Shown in pieces: positions 28,843 through 41,296 of a DNA stretch of 64,000 nucleotides. Under the pieces are notes generated by a model. It had not been told where the DNA came from. It did no database searches and worked only from the letters and a program-made list of their open reading frames with translations. Origin of the DNA: Tubiluchus corallicola. Taxonomy: Eukaryota > Animalia > Priapulida. The stretch is from NCBI GenBank assembly GCA_030141605.1, contig JAQGDQ010000020.1, positions 1,240,001 through 1,304,000 on the forward strand, given 5' to 3'. A program made the position numbers and the translations under genes. Position 1 is the stretch's first letter. Each line of letters begins with the position of its first letter.

Positions 28843-29343
28843 TTAAAGGACAAGAAAAGGGGTACCAGAAGTAGGTTTCAGAAAAATAGTGTAGGTTGTA
28901 ATTACAGCTAGGCTTAAAGGACAAGAAAAGGGGTACCAGAAGTAGGTTTCAGAAAAATAGTGTAGGTTGTAATTACAGCAAGGGTTAAAGGGCAAATAAA
29001 GGGGTACCTGAAGTAGGTTTCAGAAAAATAGTGCAGGTTGTAATTACAGCAAGGGTTAAAGGGCAAGAAAAGGGGTACCTGAAGTAGGTTTCAGGAAAAT
29101 AGTGCAGGTTGTAATTACAGCAAGGGTTAAAGGGCAAGAAAAGGGGTACCTGAAGTAGGTTTCAGAAAAATAGTGCAGGTTGTAATTACAGCAAGGGTTA
29201 AAGGGCAAGAAAAGGGGTACCTGAAGTAGGTTTCAGAAAAATAGTGCAGGTTGTAATTACAGCTAGGCTTAAAGGACAAGAAAAGGGGTACCGGAAGTAG
29301 TTTTCAGAAAAATAGTGTAGGTTGTAATTACAGCTAGGCTTAA
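28843..29343. repeat. 71-bp minisatellite x7 made of a MITE terminus plus ~26 bp of other sequence
   Basis: Units start at 28843, 28914, 28985, 29056, 29127, 29198, 29269; the eighth (29340) runs on into the MITE. Confidence 0.93.
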
Positions 29344-30007
29344 AGGACAAGAAAAGGGGTACCGTAAGTAGGTTTCAGAAAAATCGCCTTGAAAATTTAA
29401 TTTACTTTATAGCAATTTTATGCGCATATCTTACTCGCACTGAAAGGAATCTTAGTTTGTTTTCATTTTAAATCTCCCGCAATACTGTTCCGACGGCGCC
29501 ATTACATGACGTCACTGCATGAAATCAGGGGAAGAAAAGGCAATGTTAAATCATGTCCCTAAAAATTTCCATGCAAAATTATATTACTTACATTTTCGGT
29601 TACCTGCTGGAAAGACTTATGTAGCTAGAAAAGAAAATTATTAATTATTTAAAATGTTTTCACCAATTGGTAAAATGACTCACCCTCCAGGATGCACCAC
29701 TCACTAACCAAAAACGTATTTTTAATCTTATTGACAAGATGCAGTAATTTTAAATCTTATTTAGTTAGTGACTTGTGCACTACGAATGCTCTGATTATTT
29801 TTTCAAACTTTACACAATGTTATCTAAACTTGTTTCAAATGACCTGTCGTCAAAATGGCTGCGTCTAATCACGGGAGTTTAAATTTACAAGTTTTATACA
29901 GCGTTACGGCTGACTGAAGTCCTGCACGCAAAAAGGCAGTATGTAAGTGATATAAAATTTCAAAACGAGTTTTTTTAAGTTTTATATGTGGAGGGTTTTC
30001 TTGCGTT
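29344..30007 (-). mobile_element. Kolobok/T2-like TTAA MITE family B, long form, copy 1
   Basis: ttaa|AGGACAAGAAAA ... TTTTCTTGCGTT|ttaa; reverse complement of 34640-35304. Confidence 0.88.
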
Positions 30008-31010
30008 TTAAATTCACAAATTTATATTATTATGAATTATAAAGTCATATGATTGTAAAATCATTAGAATATTATAAATTTATATGCTAATTTAAAATTA
30101 ATTTACAAACTTAATAAAGTAACGTGAGAAGATAAACATTCAGCAAAAATTTACGTATTTAAAAATAGTTAAAAACCAATGTGAAATGTATCAAACTCTA
30201 AACTAATCATTAAAATAGACAGTTATCTCAAATAAACCAATATTAAGATAATCATTAAAGATGAAATTACAAGAGTTATGCTGCCATAAAACGGACGTTT
30301 GTCTTGTACTATCAACAACAAAGAATATTTTTTCTTAATGAAAAATATATTAACAAAAACTTGACTAACACGCACATAATTAAAAAAGTAATTGCGCTTT
30401 TAGTAGTAGAGTAATATTTGCTTCCAAATCGAAGTGAATATAAAAAATATTCATCAATGGTTTATTGCCGTGATTGTCGACTTGACGCTTGACGTAGGCC
30501 TACTGTGCAATGCTTAATTACGAACAATACGCTATTAATGGCTTCGTATTCGATTCGTATTCGAGATGTACGGGTCTTTAGAAAGAGGAAGAATAGGGCT
30601 ACAGGATGATGTGGGCTATATGTTAGGACAGGTCCACCGAGAGGAGTACCGACGAGTTAATTAGATGTTCTATTTTTGGCAATTATCGCTCGGAAAACTG
30701 CTGACGCAAAGCCATTGTTCTGACGTCATCCATTATACTGTCTATAACCTTATAACTTTAATTCAGTAAAAGCTGCTGCTGACTTTGCGTTGTAAATGAG
30801 GACTGTGTAGGATGTTCGCGTATTATTGATTATAAGTGTATTTATACGCAAAATTTTTGCGGGGCCTTTGCTAGTTTCTATTACTGTCTGCGTTGAAGTA
30901 TCTTTTAGTTTCTCCAATTATTTAAACTTGCCATGTACATCCGCTCACGTTTCCGTGATAGCTCGGTTATTAATATGCAATTACACATTTGTCCTTACAC
31001 GTGCCAGAAA

Positions 31011-31443
31011 CGAAGACTTCCCATATTGCGCAACACCGTGTACACGAAGCCCGCCATCAATTTACATTCTGAATGAGTTTGTCTCATGTTAAAGTGTCTA
31101 CAATTAGTATGAGCTTGTACTACTGACAAGTTTTGTACACGCGTCCTCACTCATCGAAGACTTCCCATATTGCGCAACACTGTGTACACGAAGCCCGCCA
31201 TCAATTTACATTGTGAATGAGTTTGTCTCGTGTTAAAGTGTCTACAATTAGTATGAGCTTGTACTACTGACAAGTTTTGTACACGCGTCCTCACTCATCG
31301 AAGACTTCCCATATTGCGCAACACTGTGTACACGAAGCCCGCCATCAATTTACATTGTGAATGAGTTTGTCTCGTGTTAAAGTGTCTACAATTAGCATGA
31401 GCTTGTACTACTGACAAGTTTTGTACACGCGTCCTCACTCATC
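31011..31443. repeat. 144-bp tandem repeat x3
   Basis: CGAAGACTTCCCATATTGCGCAAC at 31011, 31155 and 31299. Confidence 0.93.
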
Positions 31444-31659
31444 ATCCTGGCGGCCATAAACTTGCCGATTTGTTTATCTTATGAGAATGTTACACGGTGT
31501 AGATTACCACTCTTGTAGATTTATATTCTGTCTACTTGCAGCGCTGATAGCCGATGGGCAAAAGAACGAAACAGCAGCTGCATGAAGGCAATCTTTGTTC
31601 TTACTTTGGTGTTTGTTACAAGAAAGTTACAGCAAACCGGCTGTTTTATGAATCTAAGT

Positions 31660-32122
31660 CAGGGGTGTGCAAATTTGTGCGGCCCGCGAAGAGTTTTATC
31701 AACCTAATGAAAGCACGGCCCGGGCGATTAATTGAGTGTATCCAGCTGAAGTCCGCGCCACGATCCCAAAGATAATGCAGGTAGTTTTTTCTACTAGATC
31801 GGATGCCATTAACCCTTACAAGACGGTTGTAGGTTAATGTCACTGTACTACACAGACTGTGTGATACACATTACTAATATGCATTGTAATGAAATTACCA
31901 CTATCTGTCCTGAAAGTAGAAATATAAGGTTTGTAATATAAATTTTAATAACTTCCAAAATAGTTTCTTGAGCATAGTAGTAATGATGTACGCGGGTCGG
32001 ATGCAAAAAAATCGTTATTAGGCCTTTCTGTACTTGGCTCCTTGATCAAACTGCCTGTGGACCGCAGGAATTGCGGGAAAGTTTAATGTGGCCCGGCTAG
32101 TCAGATAATTTGCACACCCCTG
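31660..32122. mobile_element. hAT (Buster/Charlie-like) MITE
   Basis: Perfect 16-bp TIR CAGGGGTGTGCAAATT / AATTTGCACACCCCTG; both 8-bp flanks have a central TA but are otherwise diverged. Confidence 0.85.
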
Positions 32123-32334
32123 GTATAAAGAAAGTTAGTGAGCTTGTCAACAAAAGATTTTCCTCAACGCTCCAACAAACCCAGAATTTGGTTTTTAATA
32201 ATAATCTTCATTTAAGTCGGCATTTGGATGAACAAATAACATGAGCTTAAAGAACTATTATTGCCGACTGTAAATAACATTAATTAACAACTGTAATAAC
32301 TCCAAACTACAACTACATAACAGAGACTATTATT

Positions 32335-32478
32335 ACCCCACTTTTACCCTAAACACCACCCACCAAGCAGGGCAACAGCAGGTACCATTTTTAAAGTCTT
32401 TGGTATGACCCGGCAGCTGGTTCGAACTCACGACCTCCCAGACGGAAATCGCACACGTTACCACTGGACTTAACCGTC
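32335..32478 (-). mobile_element. tRNA-derived SINE fragment with a Meta-domain-like core
   Basis: Minus strand has A-box-like GTCCAGTGG and B-box GAGTTCGAACC, then GGTCATACCAAAGACTTTAAAAATGGTACCTGCTG...CCCTGCTTGG. Confidence 0.75.
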
Positions 32479-32779
32479 TGTTTTTTATAAATGTATGCGT
32501 CTTACATATTTGTTATAAATGCCATTACAATGAGCACATCACTTAATTTAGCCAGAATGATTCTGCTGCACAGATTAAATTAATTGGCAAAGATTTCCAC
32601 GTTTGTTATACCATAAGAAATTCACGCCAATTTTAGAAAATCACCGAAATTTATAGAAACTTTGCTTTTCCATTAGACGAGTGTCTTACTTGAGCTTTGA
32701 GCATTATCTAAACTGTACAGAGATGCTGGCAAGCGTTTCTGAGGCATGATGCATAAAATGCCACGTAACGATCATATTA

Positions 32780-33466
32780 CAGGTTTTACACGTCAAATGT
32801 ATACACAGGAAAGTTCAAATGTGACTTAGGTAAGTCAAGTGTAGATGCATTACTTTGAATAAATCGGTAATTAACTCATTTAAGTGCAAATTATAAACAG
32901 ATAAACCAAAGATAGTCATCACCTCTTTCATAACTTTGAAAAATGCGTTGTTTATCCTCAAACTAAATCCTTTGATAAACCATAATGTTTGTAGAAAAGA
33001 ATAAATCGGTTCCCACTTCCCAATGAACAGTGAATCACTAATTAGTTTTTTAAGTAATGCATTAGCACTGCATTAATGAATTAGTTTCTCTCAAGAAACA
33101 TTGTTTATTTTAAGAATGTATTGTTTTCTCTAACAGTTCCAATGGTATGTAAAGTTTACAGAATATTAGTGAACTACTAGTAGACCTATAAAGTTATTAC
33201 TTTCACAGCAATTATTAAATTAAGATTAAAGGAGATTAAATTTAACATCCTTAAGCTTTACTACCTATCCACGTTTGAGATACCAATGTCACATTTGACT
33301 TGACATGTGTCTACATTTGACTTACCAAAAACGCTTAAGATTTCTTGAAAACAATTGCTAACACATTTGAACTACCTTAGTCTACATTTGAGTTCCAAAG
33401 ACACATTTGAATTACCTAAATCTACATTTGACTTAACGTAGGTCTACATTTGACATGTAAAACCTA
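32780..33466 (+). mobile_element. TA-flanked MITE family A, copy 2 (687 bp)
   Basis: Same TIRs and TA flanks as 20131-20600. Confidence 0.9.
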
Positions 33467-34039
33467 TATTGCAAATGAGGTCAGGTGAGTGACAATTTAT
33501 TTTAAAGGCTAATCACCAAACTCACTTCATTCAAATAACTAAATAACTGATAGGAACGATTTTATAATGAATTTGTTTTAACATTAATTGTTTGTTTATT
33601 TACTTGAATTGAATTGTCGACGTTTTTCAATATTGAACTTGTTTGTCTGTTTCGTTTCTGATTTTCTACTTGGCGCTAATAAATAAATAAATGGGCACCT
33701 CGACCAGTAAAAGAAGAAAAACTGAGTTAAGAGGAAAAGATCCATTTTCAACACGACCAGCAATTTTTTGCTATTTCATATTTTTAAGGTGACATTGAAT
33801 TTTGATTTTAAAACTTTTTCTTTATGCAAATCAAACCTGGGCTACCATAACGCGTTAATTTTTCGCTATAACATTTTTCGCTACCATAACACCTATTTCG
33901 CCTAACACAAACGAATGCAAATTAAAAAAACGTAACAAAATAAAAATGAATAGATTTCACTTTTACATTTGTACGTATGTAATGAACATTAAGAACATCA
34001 GTTACCTTGGGTTATTCATCTAATGTCAATTTCGTTGTT

Positions 34040-34420
34040 TTTACGGAAGAAGCTCTCAATCTTTCTGCACTCATTTCTAAATACCGATAATTTTTTACGG
34101 TATTCTTTTTATGATGTTTCTCGCAAGTATATCGTAAATATTCCTAGATGTAAAATAGCTACTTATAAATTCAACTTTTTCACCCGGACTTCTTATCTGT
34201 GGAATTCGCTATTCGAAAATTGTTTTTCAGACAACTATGACCTCACTCGATTCAACAAAATTACCTGAACATATGTTCTAGACCTATCATTAACAAATAA
34301 GTTAATATATGAATTCCATTTTCATGTTCGTATTCGATATTTGTATTCACTTCCTCACCTTTTCACCATAGCCACTTATTTTGAGTGGTCGGTCGGCTTG
34401 TTTGGAGCAATTTGTTTAAT
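34040..34420 (+). mobile_element. LINE ORF2 3' remnant
   Basis: FFTRTSYLWNSLFENCFSDNYDLTRFNK resembles SFFPRT..LWNSLP..FP..YNL..FK. Confidence 0.6.
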
Positions 34421-34639
34421 CAAAAAGAAGTCGCTTCGTAAGAGTTGAAAAAAATTGATTATCGAACAAAAGACAATTAATCGATGGTCAATAAAACGTG
34501 CAAAAAAAAGTTTGTACAAAGAATGTCAGACACCTAAAATGTTAAATTGTCTTTGGTTTAGGGTTCCAAATTTGGTTTTAATTCCAAAATTTTAGTTTAC
34601 TTATTTGTCTTTTACACTTACGCAGACCTACAGATTTAA

Positions 34640-35304
34640 AGCACAAGAAAACCCTTCATAAACATAAAGCTTAAAAAATTCGTTTTAAAATTTTATATCA
34701 CTTACATACTGCCTTTTTACATACAGGACTTCAATCGGCAGTCACGCTGTATAAAACATGTAAATTTAAACTCCCGTGATGACCGTTAGGTGCAGCCATT
34801 TTCACGACAGGTCATTTGAAACAAGTTTAGATAACATTTTGTAAAGTTTGAAAAAATTGTCAGAGCAATCGTAGCGCAAAAGTCACTAACTATATAAATT
34901 TAAAATTACTGTATCTTGTCAATAAGTTTAAAATACGTTTTTTGGTTACTGAGTGGTGCACCCTGGAGGGTGAGTCAGCGGTGATAACATTTTAAAGCAC
35001 TAATAATTTTCTTTTCTAGTTACATAAGTCTTTCTAGCAGGTAAGCGAAAATCTAAGTAATATAGGTTTGCAAGGAAAGTCTTTTGAGACATAATTTAAC
35101 ATTGCCTTTTCTTCCCTTGATTTACGTTTGGTACATGACGTCATGTAATGGCGACTTCGGAACAGTATTGCGGGAGATTTAAAATGAAAACAAACTAAAA
35201 TTCTTTCAGTGCGAGTAAGATATACGCATAAAATTGCTATAAAGTAACATAATTTTTTAAGGCGATTTTTCTGAAACCACTTCAGGTGCCTCTTTTCTTG
35301 TCCT
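34640..35304 (+). mobile_element. Kolobok/T2-like TTAA MITE family B, long form, copy 2
   Basis: ttaa|AGCACAAGAAAA ... TTTTCTTGTCCT|ttaa. Confidence 0.88.
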
Positions 35305-36048
35305 TTAATACGAATTTTATTTTTGATTAAAAAGTATTTAATTTTCGCTATGAGTTTATAACTCGACTCTATTTAACTTATAAGACACGTTTTTGTCAAA
35401 ATAAAAGCAAAACGATAAAAATGTTGTGTACCAGTCTATAGATTAAAGTCTTATAGTCTTGTGATGATATATTTTGGAGATGTTCATTCATTTATCAAGA
35501 GGTTTATACAGAAACGCGCTATTAACTAACTAAATATCCGCATATTTGTACTAGCAAATGGCCAGCGTCTCCTAAAATATTTTATTTGGCTGTAAACGAA
35601 AATACACATTGGTGCAACATTAGCATTGAAACCACACGTGGGTTCCTCCCAATGAAGCCACTTTGTGCTGTTTCCAAATCACAAAAGTAGGGCTTCAGTA
35701 TTGTCGTTCTCTCTGGGACGTGTTGTTCCTACATACATTGGAACTCCAATCAAACACAGTCCCATTCCACACTTCTTCGCTCAGCTTGTCAACAACATGG
35801 CTCTATTACAGGGTTCCAAGTGACTGTGACAACATGTCTGTTATTACTGGACTGATCCAGCATGGGAAGTCGGGTAAACAGAAAGCTGTGTAAACAATGC
35901 TGGCGGATGTGGTTGAGAAGGAAAATAACAATGTGGACCAACACTTGTCATTCGTCCATTTGTACAACTTTATTCCTTCGATATTTATGCAATTTTGTTT
36001 GTCTTTTTCCTAATGGTCATGTCCCATTCTCTTATTCTCATTTTTTAA

Positions 36049-36645
36049 AGGAAGACAGGATGATTTTTCATATACTACCCCATTTTCATTTCCGGTAAAA
36101 AGTATACATTTTAACACCATTGATAAAGCAAAAGCGTTTCTGTTACTTAAATAGTCGATTGAAAATTTAATTAACGGCGGTCGAGCCCAACTATTGATAA
36201 CATCACAAATTAACATAATTCTCAACAGCAAAAATACTCCACGAGCGTGTTCCAGGTGTTTACGAAAGCAAAATTGAAGTACAGTGCTACTGTAAGCGAT
36301 TCAGTTTGTTGTACTGAAACTTGGCAAGTTTTAAGATAAAAATGCAAATTTCAAAGTTAGCGCTGTACTCATGCTTGAGCTGTCGAACGTGTGTAGTTCG
36401 TCACAAACTAACACATCTGAACTGAGAGGTACAGTACCTGTTTTTTTGTGCAATGCGGTTCTGAAATGCAGGCGCCAGTGAATGGCGAAATGCATGTAAG
36501 AGCGAGGAACTAGTGGCACGAACCTGAAATTGTGTTTGTGTGGTAACAATTCTGTCAGTGTCACGTAGGTCATTTTTGAAAAAAAATTGTATGTTTCCTT
36601 TTAATGTTTTAAATAGCAGATTGTTTTGACCTACAGTTTAAGATT
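36049..36645 (+). mobile_element. TTAA-associated MITE family C, copy 1
   Basis: ttaa|AGGAAGACAGGATG...; homologous along its length to 43947-44621; fragment at ~46310-46413; right end uncertain. Confidence 0.75.
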
Positions 36646-37352
36646 GGTTCAGATTTTGCTTTAAGTACTGTACTAGAACAAGTTCTTCGGTACGTTACCC
36701 AAATAAATACAACGTTCTACAAAGCCGTCCGCACAGATTTTGAAAGCAATTTCAATCAGCTACCCCTTAGTAACTTTATAGATGGTTTAATTACTTGGCA
36801 TGCGCAAGCATAATATAACTGGCAATTTTTGACAGTTCTGACGATTTTGATATCTTTAATACGATGTATTATTAATAAATTATTTCTGTAGGTCAAAAAA
36901 TTGATCATACATTCATAATAAAACAAATCCCATCAAGGTGTAAACTCAAGTAGTTGGTATAATAATATTCTCTTTTACGAAGCACATGCAGAGTTCCCAG
37001 GGGGTTCATCTTGGGACCCCTGTTGTTTTAAATACATATTAATGACGAATGAAGGTTTGTCACTATTAGGGAAAAACTTGCACCTTGCAGGTGATACAAG
37101 CAATCTCTTTAAATTTACCAGCAAACCAACACGTAACACGGTTTATGCTTGCATATCCTTTGAGAACTGATGAAATTCCTTCAAGCCCAACAACTTTACC
37201 TAAGTGCAGCATGTCCGGCATGCACGTCTGCACGTATGTCGCTAGGAATCTCTCTTTCAAAAAGAATCTCATTACCTTTTCAAACAACAAAGTGTAAACC
37301 GTGTTGTCTGAATGTCCTGCTTACTAAGAAACACTTCTTGGCTTTTGTAATC

Positions 37353-37608
37353 TGTCATAACATGCCAAATTATCCAGCACTGCCACAATTTTAAACAAAC
37401 TTTCAAGTAAGACTGACAGTACGATACGGTACGGTACAAAATCACGGTATGGTACGTATGTGTTACAACATGCCAAATTCTCCTTCACTGCCACAATTCT
37501 AAATAAACTTTCAAGTAAGACTGACAGTACGATACGGTACGAAATTACGGTATGGTACGTAATGTGTCATAACATGCCAAATTATCATAGCACTGCCACA
37601 ATTTTAAA
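37353..37608. repeat. ~105-bp tandem repeat, ~2.4 copies
   Basis: AACATGCCAAATT...CACTGCCACAATT recurs three times. Confidence 0.8.
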
Positions 37609-38009
37609 TGAAGTGGCAAGTGAAAGATTCCAAGTAAACAGAAGACTATAAAAAATATAAATTTTTCGGCTATGTCGAATTTTCCATACAAAATAATTTG
37701 ATCAATTTTTTTATATACAAGCAGCCTTCCATCTTGTAATCTTGCAGAGATGATCTTGTAAATGGGACACTCAATCCATAAACGCAGTAGGTCCTTGTCA
37801 CAATCAGCCATACTGAGAAAAGTCCTGATGGAAATTAACAGATTTCTTGACGGGCATATATCCACTTACAAGCCAGGTTTGGTGTTCTTTAATTTCCTAT
37901 CGGGACAACTCAACCGATACCCTCGTATAAAAGAAATACTTCTTATTCCGTAAGTGCCTCCTTTCTGCAAAGCAGAGGGCTTCCCCCCAAGTAACTCCTA
38001 CTCCGCTGC

Positions 38010-38494
38010 GGGGGTTGACCAATCAGAATTTGACTGCACCGAGTAGCAGATGCCAGCTAAGATAACTTGGAATAGCTTCTCGTGTCTATTACATGAAGAA
38101 ATGTTATCAGTTGCTGAGGGCGTGTCTCAGACAAGACGAATCTGACGGAAGGAAATCCTCGGCGGCAGCGACAGTGAGGAGGAGCAAGAGAAGCAATAAA
38201 ATGGTTCAGTTACCATTGCGTCAGTTTGTGCTTTTTTGCAGTCTGTGACAGTAATACTAAATTCTGTGGTAGATTTGCTGCATTTTGTGCAATTACGCTG
38301 CATTCTTGCTGCACGTGAAAATGTAAAGAACGTTGTGCAATCTTCATTGTGACGAGTCGTTTCTTGAGCTTGTTTTTAAACATTGTTTGTTTCTAAGAAT
38401 GACGCTGCATTTTAATTAGTAATGGTGACACGCTAGATAATCTGAATATCCTGTTGGTGCTACTAGAGAAAAATTGCAAAACGACACAGTAAGT
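38010..38494 (+). promoter_or_regulatory. Putative Dmrt2 promoter and non-coding first exon
   Basis: GC-richer island; CCAAT at 38019, GGGCGTG at 38118, AATAAAA at 38195 about 26 bp before Inr-like TCAGTT at 38221, GTAAGT donor at 38489; acceptor ttgccag ends at 41794, just before the ATG. Confidence 0.5.
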
Positions 38495-39229
38495 TGCACA
38501 TTCTAAATTTAACTACTGTAACTAAATTCTAAGTACAAACTTTGTGAGAAAAATTGTAAACTCTTGCACATTGAGAATTCCAAAGCTATGCCACTATGTA
38601 AATAACAGTCAAGAAAATTTAAGATTTAAATATGGTTGTACTGTAGATCTAAACGAAAATGTAAAATTAAAGGTTAAGAACTCATTTAAAGATTATGTTT
38701 TAAGATATCTATTATAGCTCCTTACAACACTGTATAATATAATATAATTACAAGGGAACTACAATGTGTGGTTATTATAAAGTTGAATGTCTGTAGATAT
38801 GTTACTTTATTAACATCGCATTACCTGTTTTACTAACATCTTTATCTTTGTAAACTGTATGTTTTTATACGAAATAAACCCATAATAAAAAATGTAACGA
38901 AATGTTTGCCATTTACGCTAATTTTTTATTCATTAGTCAAGTTCGATAAGTTATCAACGAAGCAAACTTGGAAAACTTAACATTTAAACTTTATTTATAT
39001 TAACAACGGTAAGACTACGTATATGTAATGATTATTAAAGGATAATATACGTCCGTTTAATTTGATAAGCTGACAAATGTTACAAAAAAGACTAAAAAAA
39101 ATTTATAAGATATCTGTGAATTCGTTTACGAATTGTAAATACAGTAGCTGATTACAGCTAGTAAAATAGTACGCGTGAGTTAGTTAAATAATTCATTTCG
39201 CCTTTAGCCTATTTATAAACCATCCCACA

Positions 39230-39790
39230 AATATAATTTACTTGTCTGTTAAAACTCTTAAAGTGAAAGAAATATATGACATGTATTGTCTTCATTTCAT
39301 GTATTAGTATCATAATTCACTACTTCCACCAGCTTTTCAGTCGTACTTTAGTGCAGTTTCAAATCAACATGATCATTACACAAGTTATTCAGTCGGAAAC
39401 TATGTACTCCCTCTTCTGAAAACAAATATAATGAAACAGTCATCAAAATATAATGCTATTAAAATATGGTCATCAATTCCGCGTGAACTGAAAACTCTTA
39501 ATCTTTATCAATTTAAAAAAGCATCAAAGAATTACCTACTGCAACGGTATAATTAACTCATAATTTTACTCATCCTGATCTTAAGTTACTAACAAAACTT
39601 ATTTTGTTCTAATGTACGTTATAACTGATGAAAATGTAAAGTTAATTGTCAATTGTTTCACTTATATGGAGGAGGACTCGAACGCTCAATGCTCCTTCCC
39701 CCTCCTCACAGTAACTCGCATAGTTTATTTTTTTTTCAATGTTATATCAATTTATATGTATGTTTGAGTTGCTGTGGAATAAATTCATAA
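39230..39790 (+). mobile_element. CR1-group LINE 3' remnant
   Basis: IKYNAIKIWSSIPRELKTLNLYQFKKASKNYLL followed by a 3' UTR with AATAAA. Confidence 0.6.
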
Positions 39791-40397
39791 TTCATATTTA
39801 ACTACCACGTAATAGGTACAATTGTCATTAATGTATGTATCAAACACAGCACAATTTATCAATTTACATCAAACTAATTAGGCGAATTAGTGAAAGAAAA
39901 ATGTCACCAAAGAAACTGGTAAAAATATTAACGAAAATAACGAGTAAAGAATTTATTCCAAATTTAAAAATGAATTCATAGAAGAAAGATGGTTATTGCT
40001 AATAAAAAAGTCCCGTTCATAAAGTTGCGTATTAGCTCTCACAACCTCCGTAGATCAAACCTAAAATTACACTTAACGATAGACTAGACCATTTTTGTAA
40101 AAATTCAATAAGAAATGCACTAAATTCTTCAATGTAACTATTATAATGATTTAAGTCGTAGCTTGTTCAGTTATGTCAATGAAATTTTCCCAAACTTTAT
40201 GAATCTCTGCAGGAAAAGTTGATATTTCTGACGAACGCGATCGATTGTGAATTTGCACATTCATATTGTATATTTCAGACTGTTTTGGAAAAAGAAAATT
40301 AACGCTTAATCATCAAATTCAATCGATTGATCATTATTGTAATTATATTGTTTTTGTAGATGTGTAAATATTGTGAATTGTTTAGCCTTTATAACCT

Positions 40398-40543
40398 CGG
40401 TTACCAACCTGGGGTACTAGTAACCCTTGGGGGTACCAGCGAACACCACAAGGGGTACCTGAGAAGCCTCTTAGACAATTTTAAAAAAGTTGTGTTATAT
40501 AATAATCAGACATCTCTGTCAATATAAAATTTTTGAACTGCTA
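40398..40543 (+). mobile_element. Left end of the same hAT family as 7133-7655, running into the gap
   Basis: CGGTTACCAACCTGGGGTACTAGTAACCCTTGGGGGTACCAGCGAACACCACAAGGGG is shared with 7134-7190. Confidence 0.8.
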
Positions 40544-41296
40544 NNNNNNNNNNNNNNNNNNNNNNNNNNNNNNNNNNNNNNNNNNNNNNNNNNNNNNNNN
40601 NNNNNNNNNNNNNNNNNNNNNNNNNNNNNNNNNNNNNNNNNNNNNNNNNNNNNNNNNNNNNNNNNNNNNNNNNNNNNNNNNNNNNNNNNNNNNNNNNNNN
40701 NNNNNNNNNNNNNNNNNNNNNNNNNNNNNNNNNNNNNNNNNNNNNNNNNNNNNNNNNNNNNNNNNNNNNNNNNNNNNNNNNNNNNNNNNNNNNNNNNNNN
40801 NNNNNNNNNNNNNNNNNNNNNNNNNNNNNNNNNNNNNNNNNNNNNNNNNNNNNNNNNNNNNNNNNNNNNNNNNNNNNNNNNNNNNNNNNNNNNNNNNNNN
40901 NNNNNNNNNNNNNNNNNNNNNNNNNNNNNNNNNNNNNNNNNNNNNNNNNNNNNNNNNNNNNNNNNNNNNNNNNNNNNNNNNNNNNNNNNNNNNNNNNNNN
41001 NNNNNNNNNNNNNNNNNNNNNNNNNNNNNNNNNNNNNNNNNNNNNNNNNNNNNNNNNNNNNNNNNNNNNNNNNNNNNNNNNNNNNNNNNNNNNNNNNNNN
41101 NNNNNNNNNNNNNNNNNNNNNNNNNNNNNNNNNNNNNNNNNNNNNNNNNNNNNNNNNNNNNNNNNNNNNNNNNNNNNNNNNNNNNNNNNNNNNNNNNNNN
41201 NNNNNNNNNNNNNNNNNNNNNNNNNNNNNNNNNNNNNNNNNNNNNNNNNNNNNNNNNNNNNNNNNNNNNNNNNNNNNNNNNNNNNNNNNNNNNNNN
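40544..41296. other. Assembly gap (753 N)
   Basis: Run of N. Confidence 1.
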
